Below the pieces are notes generated by a model that was not told where the DNA came from, did no database searches, and saw only the letters and a list, made by a program, of their open reading frames with translations. A DNA stretch of 37,667 bases, taken from contig JAXLNO010000027.1 in the NCBI GenBank assembly GCA_038087875.1, positions 1 to 37,667 of the forward strand, in the 5' to 3' direction. Below, piece after piece: positions 1 to 11,925 of the stretch (position 1 is the first letter of the stretch; every line of letters starts with the position of its first letter). This stretch comes from Malacoraja senta. Lineage: Eukaryota. The position numbers and the translations under genes were made by a program.

Positions 1-380
1 TGCTGGAGTAACTCAGCGGGTCAGGCAGTATCTCTGGGGGAAAGGAATAGGTGACCATCGTGTCGAGACCCTTCTTCGGATTGAAAGATAGAGGTGTGTG
101 GGGGGGGGGGGGGGGGGGGGGGAGAGAGAAACTGCAGGCAAGAAAAGGCCAGAAAAAATCAAGGCTGGCAACAGATGGCCCCAGGAAAGGTCGAGTCCAT
201 AATAGCCAATTGTTGGCTGGGGAAGATGTGCTAACGAGGGGGATACAAGGATGCGAACAGTGGCACTGGTAGGATAACTAGGGTGGGGGAGGGGGGTGAG
301 AGGGGGGTGGGGACGGAATGCTGGAGTTAATTGAAATGAGAGAAATCGATGTTCATACCGCTGGCTTGTAAACTGCCCAA
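1..380 (-). mobile_element. Penelope-like element, 3' fragment (GIY-YIG C-terminus plus terminal repeat)
   Basis: Minus strand reads LGSLQASGMNIDFSHFN* (~327-380), matching the end of the Penelope ORF at 35328-35924 (LGSLHPSGMNIGFSNFR*). Bases 1-80 are the tgctggagtaactcagcgggtcaggcag terminal repeat that recurs in the window. Confidence 0.75.
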
Positions 381-429
381 GTGTTACATATAAAGCATTG
401 TACAAGATGGCGCCTGCCTGCGGCAACTT

Positions 430-1587
430 TTGCGAAGCACCAGAAGCACAAAAAGGTTCACCTACAACTTCCAACAACTCACCAGCATCAGGGAAACGAC
501 AGAAATCTGTGTAGTTTCGGACAAACTGCTTGGGCACCTGAAGGCTCTTGCGATTTCGCGATCTCCCGCAGCTGCGGGAGCCCCGGACGTTAAACTTTCC
601 CACGCTGGCTGTAAAACTCCCGACCCGATGGAGGAACTCAGGTATGGTACCTGGAAACTCCGGAATGACCTCCGGAGCAGACGAGCTGGACCTTCCAGGA
701 ACAACGGAGCTGGAGCTGCCGACTTTGAGGGAACCCCCGTTCGTTACGGAGCTGGAACTGCCGTCTGTGAAGGAATCCCCGTTCCAGCGCAGGTCCGCAG
801 AAACAGCAGGTACAGTAGACTCAGCACCTGGAAACAAAGGGGAAGCCTACATTGTGTCTGGAAAAGTGGCCGACGGGCAGGACTTCAGGTCAGACTGAAG
901 CGCAGGGGACTTCAACCCCCTCTCCCTACTATCCTTCTGGCCAACGTACAGTCCCTTGAAAATAAAGTGGAGGACTTAAGGGCAAGGCTGCTTTATCAAA
1001 GGGAGCTGAGGGAATGCTCTGTGTTCTGTTTCACAGAGACATGGCTCACCCCCAGCTCCCCAGATTCAGCGGTCCAGCCTGAAGGGTTCTCCATCCACCA
1101 TATGGACTGTACACTGGCATCTGGGAAAGGGAGAGGAGGGGGAGTCTGCCTCATGGTCAACCCTGCATGGTGCTCAGACGTGGCCGTCCTGTCCAACTCC
1201 TGCTCTCCACACCTCGAACATCTGGCGGTGAAGTGCCGTCCCTTCTACCTCCCAAGGGAATTCACCTCCATCATCCTGACCGCGGTCTACATCCCACTCC
1301 AGGCAGACGTCCGTCTGGCACTGGAGGAGCTGCACGCCATGGTCAACAAACACCAGACGTCTTACCCCGAGGCATTTACCACCATTGCTGAGGACTTCAA
1401 TAAGGCAAACCTCAAGAAATCACTCCCTAACTTCCACCAACATGTCTCCTGCTGCACCAGAGGACCAAACACCTTGACCATTGCTACACCACCATCAAGA
1501 ATGCCTATCGCTCCATCCCTCGCCCTCACTTCGGTAAATCCGACCATACCACGGTGCTGCTTCTTCCTGCCTACAGGCAGCAATTAA
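430..1587 (+). pseudogene. Rex1/Babar apurinic-type endonuclease region (frameshifted near 1480)
   Basis: ORF with LANVQSL, ETWL, GGGVCL, KCRPFYLPREF, EDFN; frame lost after GPNTL. Confidence 0.8.
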
Positions 1588-1818
1588 AGAGCGCACCCCC
1601 AGAGGTGAGGACAGTACAGAGCTGGTCGGAGGGGGGGGGGGCAGAGGAACAACTCCAGGACTGTTTGGAGTCTGTAAACTGGGCAATGTTCAAGGACTCG
1701 GCAACGGACCTGAACGAATACGCCACAGTCGTTACAGACTTCATAAAGAAATATGTGGAGGACTGCATCCCTACAAAAACCTTCTGAGTATTTCCCAATC
1801 AGAAACCTTGGATGAACT

Positions 1819-3276
1819 TTGAGATCTGCACTCTTCTTTGAAGACCAGACCATGTCTGATGATACAGTGGTCTACAAGAAGTCCAGATACGACCTTGGTA
1901 AGGCCATCAAAAAGTCCAAAAGGGACTTCTGCTCCAAACTGGAGGATGTGACAGATGTTCGGCAGCTGTGGCGGGGCCTGAAAGCAATCACCTCCTACAA
2001 GGCGAAATCAGGAGGCAGCTCGATTGTCGGTGAAACATCACTCCCTGACGAGCTCAATGCATTTTACGCACGCTTTGATAGGGAGAATACTGATGTGCCA
2101 TCCCGAGCCCTCATTCGCTGTGATGGTATTTCAGTTTAAGTCACAGAGACCGACGTCAGAAAAGCCTTCAGAAGGGTGAACCCTCGAAAAGCGCCTGGAC
2201 CTGATGGCATATCCGGTCGTGTTCTAAAAACCAACTGGCTGGAGTTTTTAACGGACATTTTCAACATCTCACTTCTGAGGTCTGAGGTTCCTACCTGCTT
2301 TAAAAGGGAATCAATTATACCAGTGCCCAAGAAGAGCAAGGTGACGTGCCTCAATGACTATTGACCAGTGGCACTAACGCCTGTGGTGATGAAGTGCTTT
2401 GAGAGGTTGATCATGGCGCAAATCAACTCCTACCTCGACAAAAACATGGACCCACTGCAGTTCGCTTACCGCCACAACAGATCAACGGTGGATGCGATTT
2501 CCCTGGCTCTCCAATCTGCTCTGGACCACTTGGACAACAAAAACTCATATGTCAGGCTGTTATTCATTGATTACAGCTCGGCATTTAATACAATCATCCC
2601 CTCCAAGCTGGTTACCAAACTCGCAGAACTGAGTCTCTGCGCATCCCTCTGCATTTGGATTCTCGACTTCTTCATTCACAGACCACAGTCTGTTTGTATT
2701 GGTGGAAATGTGTCAGCCTCGATAACAATCAGCACGGGAGCATCTCAAGGCTGCGTGCTCAGTCCCCTGCTGTACTCACTCTGTACTCATGACTGCGTAG
2801 CCGGTCATAGTGAGAACTCCATCATCAAGTTCGCTGACGACACCACTGTTGTGGGACGTATCACTGATGGGGATGAGTCAGAGTATAGAAGAGAGATCGA
2901 GCGACGGTCCATATGGTGCCAGCACAATAACCTGGCCCTCAACACCAGCAATACCAAGGAGCTGATTGTGAACTTTGGAAGGAGTAGGATGGGGACCCAC
3001 AGTCCCGTTTATATCAATGGGTCGATGGTTGAAAGGGTCAAGAGCTTCAAATTCCTGGACATGTACATCAGTGAAGATCTTTCCTGGTCCGAGAACACTG
3101 ATGCAATTATCAAGAAAGCACATCAGCACCTCTACTTCCTGAGAAGATTACGGAGAGTCGGTTTGTCAAGGAGGACTCTCTCTAACTTCTACAGGTGCAC
3201 AGTAGAGAGCATGCTGACCGGTGGCATCGTGGCTTCGTTCGGCAATTTGAGCGCCCTGGAGCGGAAAAGGCTATAA
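1819..3276 (+). pseudogene. Rex1/Babar reverse transcriptase region (broken into several ORFs)
   Basis: [15 protein letters not shown], stop at 2362-2364 inside the DYRPVALT motif, RT core to premature stop at 3276. Confidence 0.85.
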
Positions 3277-4336
3277 AAAGTAGTAAACACTGCCCAGTCC
3301 ATCATCGCCTCTGACCTCCCTTCCATCGAGGGGATCTATCACAGTCGCTGCCTCAAAAAGGCTGGCAGTATCATCAAGGACCCACACATCCTGGTCACAC
3401 ACTCATCTCCCCGCTACCTTCAGGTAGAAGGTACAGGAGCCTGAAGACTGCAACGACCAGGTTCAGGAATAGCTACTTCCCCACAGCCATCAGGCTATTA
3501 AACTTGGCTCGGACAAAACTCTGAACATTACTAGCCCATTATCTGTTTATTTGCACTTTATCAGTTTATTTATTCATGTGTGTATATATTTATATAATGG
3601 TATATGGACACACTGATCTGTTCTGTAGTCATGCCTACTATGTTCTGTTGTGCTGAAGCAAAGCAAGAATTTCATTGTCCTATCAGGGACACATGACAAT
3701 AAACTCTCTTGAATCTTGAATATTCTTGCACAGAGCAACAGCTGAGAGAAATGTGTTGGATGAAGTGAGGAAAAATCAATGTTTCAGGATTATGAGGTGC
3801 TAGAAATATTTGCCACAAAGAGATATTTATTGCCACCAATTCGTACTGGAAGATGTGCGCAATTTGTGTAGTGTTCAGCTTCCTCTTAAATGTGCAATTT
3901 TCAGGAAGTCACATGACCTGCAGTGGCTCAAAATGGCGGAGCAGCAGTGGGGGCATTGACAACATCGCCTGGCCAAGCTAACCCCTTACAACTGCAACCT
4001 AGTGCTGCTGCCAGGATAATGGGCCTTTAAGGCCAAGTTAAGACTAACGGTTTTAACAACTTTGCATTTGAAGAGTACAAGGTGGCGTTGCAAACATGGT
4101 GACTTGTGTACTGCGTCAGTGTAATCTACTATTCTTACACTTGCACTTAAGTATGATTGTGTCTTTGTATAAAGGAATTGTACTGTCCTAAGCTACATGT
4201 GACAATAAAGCACCATTGAACCATTAAATAGCTTCTTTTCTTGGAGTTTATTTTTCCCGATCACTCAATCTGGAAAGAGTACAACGATGATGTGTGAGCA
4301 TGTTGCAAGGATTTGAGGGCCTTATCTATAGGGAGT

Positions 4337-4916
4337 AGAAAGGTTCTTCTGCAGTTGTATAGGGCTCTGGTGAGACCACATCTGGAGTATTGTGTACAGT
4401 TTTGGTCTCCTAATTTGAGGAAGGACATTCTTGTGACGTAGGTAACGTAGGTTCACGAGATTGATCCCTGGGATGGCGGGATTGTCATATGAGGAAAGAT
4501 TGAAAAGACTGGAGTTTAGAAGGATGAGGGGGATCTTATAGAAACATATTAAATTATAAAAGGACTGGACAAGCTTGATGCAGGAAAAATGTTCCCAATG
4601 TGGGGCAAGTCCAGAACCAGGAGCCACAGTCTTAGAATAAAGGGGAGGTCGTTTAAGACTGTGAGAAGAACCTTTTTCACCCAGAGAGTTGTGAATTTAT
4701 GGAATTCCCTGCCACAGAGGGCAGTGGAGGCCAAGTGACTGGATGGATTTAAGAGAGAGTTAGATAGAGCTCTAGGGGCTAGTGAGGTCAAGGGATATGG
4801 GGAGAATGCAGGCACGGGTTATTGATAGGGGACGATCAGCCATGATCACAATGAATGGCGGTGCTGGCTCGAAGGGCCGAATGGCCTCCTCCTGCACCTA
4901 TTTTCTATGTTTCTAT
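4337..4916 (+). mobile_element. CR1 LINE 3' fragment
   Basis: Similar to the 3' ~600 bp of the CR1 at 16090-16700; ends in gaagggccgaatggcct hairpin and (tttctatg)n tail. Confidence 0.85.
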
Positions 4917-5617
4917 ATGGGCATTGTTATTAAGCCCCCAAAAATATTGCTATCGATGAATGCATTGGACGAGGTTGGAGGAGGCGCAGGTGGAGAAGCT
5001 CGGTCTCTGGTTCTAATTTTTATAGAGTGAAGAAATGAGTGGACCTTAATGAATTTATGAATTACCAAAAATACTGTAATTATCAGCACCTATATCTGAG
5101 TCAAAGCAATTGTAAATTCTCATATTCAACATATTGGAAAGAAAACTGTATTTTTATACTAAGCCTGAATGCTGAATGCTGAATGCTGAAAGCTTACGTT
5201 CCTAATATTAATGTGCGAGATCCATATGCTTCAGAATTGCCTCAGTTTCAAATTCTCAGTCTTATTTCCATCTGTAGAAAATCACACAGAGCAGCATTCT
5301 TTGAAGTATAAAATGGATATAGCTTTGTTCTTAAAATGCATGAGAAAATGTTCAGGGAAGGCAGATTGTTGGAATCTAGCTTTTCAATCCGATGCCGATG
5401 ACTATCATTTTAACATCTTGTGTCATTGCAATTTATGAGGTCTTTAGAGTAGATAAAGTGGGGATTGGGATACAGGATCTGTTTCCACACAAGGTTTATT
5501 TTAATTTTTCACTGCAAGAAAGAGTGTCATCAAATCCCTGAAATTAGATGCATCAAGGAGTAACACCAACCCCACATTTCTCAATCTTGCTTATTGACAT
5601 ATCAGCATCTTACATAT

Positions 5618-5738
5618 TTTAGACTTTAGAGATACAGCATGGAAACAGGCCCTTCGGCCAACTGAGTCCACACTGACTAGCAATCACACCGTGCACTAGT
5701 ACTATCCTACACCCTAGGGACAATTTACAATTTACAAT
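5618..5738 (-). mobile_element. HE1-like SINE 3' fragment
   Basis: Reverse complement of the SINE tail gggccgaagggcctgtttcc...tgtatctctaaa, as at 26285-26345. Confidence 0.65.
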
Positions 5739-7284
5739 TTACTTTTGCATTTAGTAACTTAGTGCCATTGGGCCACAATGGCAAGCCTGGGACCCACCCA
5801 CTTCTCTCAGCCCAAGGATAAAGTACCTCCATTCTTCATATCCTCATGGACCGATCAGGCTATTATTAGACAGGACATGTGTTGGGAATTTGAAGGCTGG
5901 AACTAATATATAAAATAACTTATATATCAGCATGAAAAATAACCAAATGGAGTTTATCAGAGAATGTTCCTGAAAACAATTTAACATGAGAAGAAGGGGA
6001 AAGTCAAATTTGATCTCTGATATCTTTGTGAAATAGTCTGGTTAGTTTCTGTAAACTAAAAGCACTGAATAAAATGCTACTTTTTCTCCTTCAGATTCTG
6101 CCTCCTGATGGATTAAACCGTGTAATTAAAGATATTCATGAAGACCATTATCTGATAAAGCCAAAATCTCTTGATGTGACATGAAAGATGAAGAATGGAC
6201 TGCAACATAGGGAATATCCAGTGTTCTGCAGTACATCGATCAGTTCAAATCCGACCTATGTGCATATGCATTGAACTATGGGATTCAGAAACAAGCTGAA
6301 ACAGATTCCTCATGAGTAAATAGTGATATTTATACATCAAATGTCAAGAGTTGATCGTTAAGTTGTGACTGATGGAATGGGAAGTCTAAATTAGGATGTA
6401 AGTAATGGAAGAGAAAGCCATTTATACAAGAATGATATCAAAATGCATTGCTGCTTTGATTGTAGCCAAACTAGGCTATGGTTATTCTTGGTGGTGGTCA
6501 TCTCTTGCAGTTTCTGGAGCATCTAACTGTGGACAGAGGTAGTGTCCCACTCAAGGAGGTCTGCCTCATGGCAGGAAGCAAGATCAGGACTGAAAAACTA
6601 TCCTGGAAATTCCTATCAGATCATTTTACAGACAGATCATTCGATTCTTGTGCCAAAGTCAAACTGATAAGCCAGTAGCGGGTGCGCTCTCAACTTCTGG
6701 AGGGGCAATGCAGAGGAGCAGGAATACTGCAGAATTAGATTGCCATCTGTGATAGTAATTAATCAAAGCATCTAGAGCAATGTACAGAAATAATGCTGGA
6801 AGTTTACTTGGCAGTGGATGAGCATCGAGAATGTCAAAAGGCATTTGCGATGCAGTAAAATTAATGCCACATAATTAAAATGTAATGGCATCTAAGGGAT
6901 AGAAAGCAGATGAACAGTTGCTGTTCAGAAGGTTGGAACTTACTCCATCGCTTTTGGGCAACTGTTTTCTTTGATTAAGATACATTTTCTGGGCATGATT
7001 GCAGGGTTTGCACACAATTTGAAAGGTGTAATTGTAAAGTTAAAAAAGTCAATTTCTGGAGAGTGTTCCATATTCTTTCCCAATTGATAGTCAGAGACTT
7101 TAGTGAGGTTGAAGAAGGGTATGATTAGTGGTTGATGCTGTTCCTCATGTTTTTTGTTGCAAGGAGCATATATTTATTGGCAAACTGTTAGTTCTGCTAT
7201 AATAGTTAGTTTTGCATTCCTAAGCAACCTGGTTTTACAGAAAATCACATTGTAAAGACAATGGTGAAAGGGGGGTGAGGGGCT

Positions 7285-7771
7285 TGTAGCAGCAGATTTT
7301 TATATCGTTCAAGAGATTACTCCCTCTAGCCACTAAGTGGACTACGTGATTAAGGAGAATGTCGTTATACGCATGTGAGCTTTCCGTCAGAGACCTTCAG
7401 AGCTTCTTCACAGATAAATCTTCATAACACAGTCTTTTGATAAATAGATTCTTTATTGTTGATGAAAAACAATAAGGTATACATCCAAACTTCTTCCGAC
7501 ATACACTATAATCTTTATCGAACTCCAGCATATCGCTTTAAAGGTTAGAAAACTCCTCGTGTCTCCGTTACACTTCGCATGGTCAAGGTTGTATGCCTTC
7601 CTCATGCAAGTCCCAAACAAAACTAAAAACTAAGCTTCTGCACAAGAAACTTAGCTCCAAACACGCCCTAAAATACGTCATAAATCCCTCCCACAATATA
7701 ACAGGCAGTCTAAAATTTAAAGACACATGCCATCATTAATGACACACAAAACAAGCCAAATGGCCACTACA
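7285..7771 (-). repeat. 3' LTR of the BEL element (487 bp)
   Basis: Termini tgtag...ctaca; preceded on the minus strand by purine-rich agagaattaggggccggta (PPT); minus-strand AATAAA near 7452. No partner LTR found in the window. Confidence 0.7.
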
Positions 7772-7885
7772 TACCGGCCCCTAATTCTCTTAGTATATAA
7801 CGAGGCAATTATTAATAAACATCAAAAAAGTAGCCATGATGGCTTAACATATATCAAAAGCAAAAAGTCAGGGAATTGAACCCCA

Positions 7886-7960
7886 TGGCTTCCCGTCGGG
7901 GAATTGAACCCCGGTCTCCCTCGTGACAGGCGGGGATACTAACCACTATACTAATGAGGA
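7886..7960 (-). tRNA. tRNA-Asp(GTC) copy with genomic 3' CCA, probably now a pseudogene, inside the BEL 3' UTR
   Basis: Minus strand TCCTCATTAGTATAGTGGTTAGTATCCCCGCCTGTCACGAGGGAGACCGGGGTTCAATTCCCCGACGGGAAG-CCA: 72 nt plus CCA, anticodon GTC, intact A/B boxes; two acceptor-stem mismatches and one anticodon-stem mismatch. Confidence 0.92.
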
Positions 7961-7988
7961 AAAAATAGCATGCACTATATATCCGCAA

Positions 7989-10832
7989 TCAGAATTCTTC
8001 ATCGACTCTTCCATCTTCACTTTCGCCTTCTAGATGCAAGCATAACTTGATTATTAATCCTATTAAAACACTGGTTTTAGCTTAAAGTCGTACCGTGCAC
8101 AGCAAACCCTTAAAATCAGGCATGATACCCAGTATATAGTCCAAAACATAACAGTCCAAAGTTTTGATAGCATGAAACATCTTCCTCCATGTCCGATCAA
8201 CTCATGGATATGTTGTAACAACAATGTCATTATGTAAAAGTCTTTCAAGAAAATAATAGGATGTTCAGCTTCTTCAGGCATTGCCAATTTATTTAGGCGA
8301 CAAGTCCTTCCTCCAAAACTGGATCAAGCTTGTACAATTGACTGTTTCTTTTTACCCCATGTACTCCAGCTTCCAATGTTAATATTTCTTCTTTGTATTT
8401 CTGTCTTTGACATAAAGAGATGATCGCATTTTCCGCCTTGAGGAGATCATCAACACGTAAACCCTGTACGCCATATGATGCCTCAAAAACTTGCATCTGG
8501 CCTCCAACCTTTTATTTCCGTATATCAGGATCTTCTTCGGGATACTTTTAGTAATCTCCCTCCTTTTCCGAGCAAACAGCTATAACCTTGTTTTTAGTTT
8601 AAGAGACCAGGCTACTGCAGTTATCAATTTATTCCATGATGAAAAGTGGGTAATTAAATCATTTACAGTATTTGATGAATCTATAGCAATCACATTCACT
8701 GTAATGTTTTGTTTAATTTCCAGATCATTAGCAGAGATTTCAAATCCCAGCTCAAGCTTTGGCCATTCTCTGTCTGGCGTACAGAGAGATTCTAGTTCAT
8801 TGATCCATCTCTTATCGCTTAAGAAGCGTGTTCGCTGTCAGTTCTCTGGAAAATTAATCCGCAGGATTTTCTTTTGTGTTAACATATTTCAGTTGTACAA
8901 CATTAGTAACTCCCAATGCTCTGTCTCTGTCCAAATCCAACTCTCTGGTTTCTTTGGCTCTATCATCTAGTGGAATGCTTTCACAATTGTCGCTGATCCA
9001 CTTGAAAAGTGTGAATCCTCACTTATTGCACTTATTGTCAGATGTTCTACTGGTTGAATTGCTTCCTGCTCAGTAGACATGGATTTTAAACAATCATCCA
9101 CATAGAAATTATTCTTCAAAGAGATTCTTTATCATGAAATTCAGTATTCTCGCCAAACTTGTGTTTCAAATTCTGGTTGCGTTGCTCTGCCATCCGACGA
9201 TTATTCGGCAGATTAACACTTTCTTGTTTGAAAGATAAGTCCAGACAATAGTGTCCGTCAATCTTTACTGAGTAGTTCATAATATCCATGAACTTCAACT
9301 CTTCATTCGACATCTCTTCAGATTCCTTGCTGGTACTTTCATTGAAGTCATGATTGTATGGCTTCATCACCGGCTTTTCTAATTTATCAGTAGATATTTG
9401 ATTAACAGCAATGGTAGGATAGTTCTTCTGATTCCTGTTTTCATTATTCCTTCTCAAGGAGCCATAGATAACCCATCCAAGTCAGGTTTTCGTAGCATAC
9501 GGTCCATCACCTTGGCTCCTAACAATCTGTATAGGTTGCAATGCCTTCAAAACATTTGTTCCGATAAGTAGATCAACACTAGAATTTATTTCAGATATCT
9601 TGACATCCTTCAGGTAAGACCATTGTTTCAAGTCTTCATGTCTGGGTATATTTTGACGACCAACAGGCATGGTTCCATGTGTAAACACTTCAGATATTGG
9701 TATAACATAGAAACATAGAAACATAGAAATTAGGTGCAGCAGTAGGCCATTCGGCCCTTCGAGCCTGCACCGCCATTCAATATGATCATGGCTGATCATC
9801 CAACTCAGTATCCCGTACCTGCCTTCTCTCCATACCCTCTGATCCCTTTAGCCACAAGGGCCACATCTAGCTCCCTCTTAAATATAGCCAATGAACTGGC
9901 CTCGACTACCCTCTGTGGCAGAGTTTTGGTAAAATGATCTTCATCCAGGCTGGATATCTCCATACTAGTAATGTAATGACTCAGGCTTTCTTTATCTTTA
10001 TTCATGGTACGCAATCAAATCTTAGTCTCTTCCCCTGTAATGTTCAGCCTTTTCGTTAGGTTTTCTGTGCAAAAGGTTGTCGAGCTTCCATGATCCAAAA
10101 AATCATATGTTTGCAATACTGTATTCGTCTTACTATTCCTTACCTGTACTGGTAAGATAGAAAAATTACAAACTTCAACCTCGGCTCCAATATGAGCAGT
10201 TACTTGAGGCGAGGTGATTAACTAGTAGTCTTCTTCTGTTCCGTTTGCACCGGTTCATCCTCTTCTATTTGTTCTGATAGCTCTTCATCTATTTGTTCCA
10301 GTTCTTCCTCTTCCCAATGCTCTGGTAGCTTCTTATCAGTGTGAAGTTCTTCAGGATGATATTGCCTGCACTTATAACAAATTATAGGACTCTTACAGTC
10401 TCTCACCATATGTCCTTTTTTCAAACATTCAAAACAGATTCCCTTCTCTTTCAAGAAATCCATCTTTTCTTGATATTCTTTCATCTTGAATCTTCAACAC
10501 CATCTTATGGTGTGACCAACTTCATCACATAACAAACAAAATCCAATTTGCTTGCTAGTAGATACATTTCCTTTCATTCCATCTGTCATTTCCACAGGTA
10601 TTGTTATGATAGCAAAACTACTTTTCATAGATTCTGATCTTTCTTCAGTTTTGGTAAAGGTAGAACCTTTGTTAGTTGCAATTGGTTTATGATCTTCAAT
10701 AGTTCCATAGTGTGGCTCTAACATGTACTGTACTTCCTTGTTCACCAGGTCTGGTAGCCTGGCTACTTCCTTCCTTTCATCCATTATTCCACCTGCTTCA
10801 TCTCTCCACTTTTCACTCAGTCTTCTGGGCAA
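7989..10832 (-). pseudogene. BEL gag-pol remnant (most of the RT core and integrase core deleted)
   Basis: ORF fragments 10494-10832, 10218-10484, 9482-9799, 9116-9457, 8293-8496, 8063-8287; terminal stop at 7989-7991. Confidence 0.8.
9704..9925 (-). mobile_element. Short young CR1 3' insertion inside the BEL protease region
   Basis: Near-identical reverse complement of ~16486-16700; (tttctatg)n tail; BEL coding sequence resumes on both sides. Confidence 0.9.
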
Positions 10833-11744
10833 CTTTCTCTGGAGACTCTTTCAGCCTTTCAGTTTCCATTTTGTAATCCAACGTTCATCGGAAACATTCT
10901 GGAGATTTGGGAAATAATTAAGGTCAATAATCTAGATCACCATCTCTCTAATTGAATGATTTCCTATGTCAATTGGTAAATTTGCTGCTCACATGTTGGG
11001 TACAAGAACCAGTGAAGCACAAGTGTGTGTGGGTTGCAGAGAACCTCTTGATGTGCTGATATTTTGTGGGTGTGAGGCATCGCTACCTACCCCGCCCCAC
11101 AACCACAGGTAAACTCATGGCCTTCCCCAAATTGAAATGGTGATTAAGGTCAACATCATCAACACGTTAAAGTCACTTTCTATGGAAAAAAAACCCGTTA
11201 CATTTATTATCAGGTTATAACACGTGGAATGGCCTGTTATAAATCCATTTTGGATTTGCAGGAATGTTTAAAAAATATTTGAGGTAGCAAGCTTTTTGGA
11301 TAACAATAAAGACCTATCATATCAAAGGCTTCTCTGTTCTAAAGTGTGATACACATTCAAAGATTAGACTGGCTTTAGACTAACTTGCCTGTAAATGCCT
11401 AGTTTAGTGTGGGGTACATCTCATTAGTCTTTGGGGATTTATGTGCCATTGTGCCTATCTCATATCTCCTCCATTTAATCCTCCTTCTCCTCCTCCAATA
11501 ACATCTCATATCTCCTCCATATAATTAGTTCGAGAATTTCAACATTCCAAGTGAAATTTGCCACTACCATCTTTCTACTCATCCACAGATTTCCCCTTTG
11601 GATCCCAATGGTGCCACTCTTTCCCTGGTTACCCTCTTGCTCTTAGTATATTTATAACATGCCTTGGGATTATCCTCAATCTTATCTATCACTGTACATT
11701 ACCTCCATGGAACAACTCTTACCAAACTTGAATCCAAGTTTGGC

Positions 11745-11925
11745 AGACACAAAATGATGGAGTAACTTAACGGGACAGGCAGCATCTATGGAGAGAAGGA
11801 ATGACTGAAGAAGAGCCTCGACCCGAAACATCACACATTCCTTCTCTCCAGAGGTGCTGCCTGTCCCGCTGAGTTACCTTTTGTGTCTACCTTCGATTTA
11901 AACCAGCATCTGCAGCTCTTTCATA
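11745..11925. mobile_element. Palindromic Penelope terminal-repeat remnant
   Basis: Inverted arms gacacaaaa...gagagaaggaatg / cattccttctctcc...ttttgtgtc around ctgaagaagagcctcgacccgaaacatc. Confidence 0.7.

Larger units (their letters stand above)
385..3720 (+). mobile_element. Rex1/Babar-type non-LTR retrotransposon, near full length, inactivated
   Basis: APE motifs (ILLANVQSLENK, FTETWL, VYIP) then RT motifs ([33 protein letters not shown]); 3' end aataaa plus (tcttgaa)n tail; stops and frameshifts. Confidence 0.85.
7285..10840 (-). mobile_element. BEL/Pao LTR retrotransposon, 5'-truncated and internally deleted
   Basis: Minus strand order: Gag KLPRRLSEKWR, three Cys/His knuckles (CLLC..GH..C, CFECLKKGH..C, CYKC..HP..LH), protease FLDHGSSTTFC, VDLLIG, LPNN, NPAD, LDPVL, integrase HELIGHGG, C-terminal IKLCLHLE, then PPT and one LTR. 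Confidence 0.85.

Noticed and set aside
13..837. 274-aa minus-strand ORF
   Set aside because: Antisense to the Rex1 5' region and crosses a TE junction; low complexity.
10840..11700. 5' LTR and PBS of the BEL element
   Set aside because: No match to 7285-7771 was found; the element appears 5'-truncated, so its primer tRNA cannot be read here.
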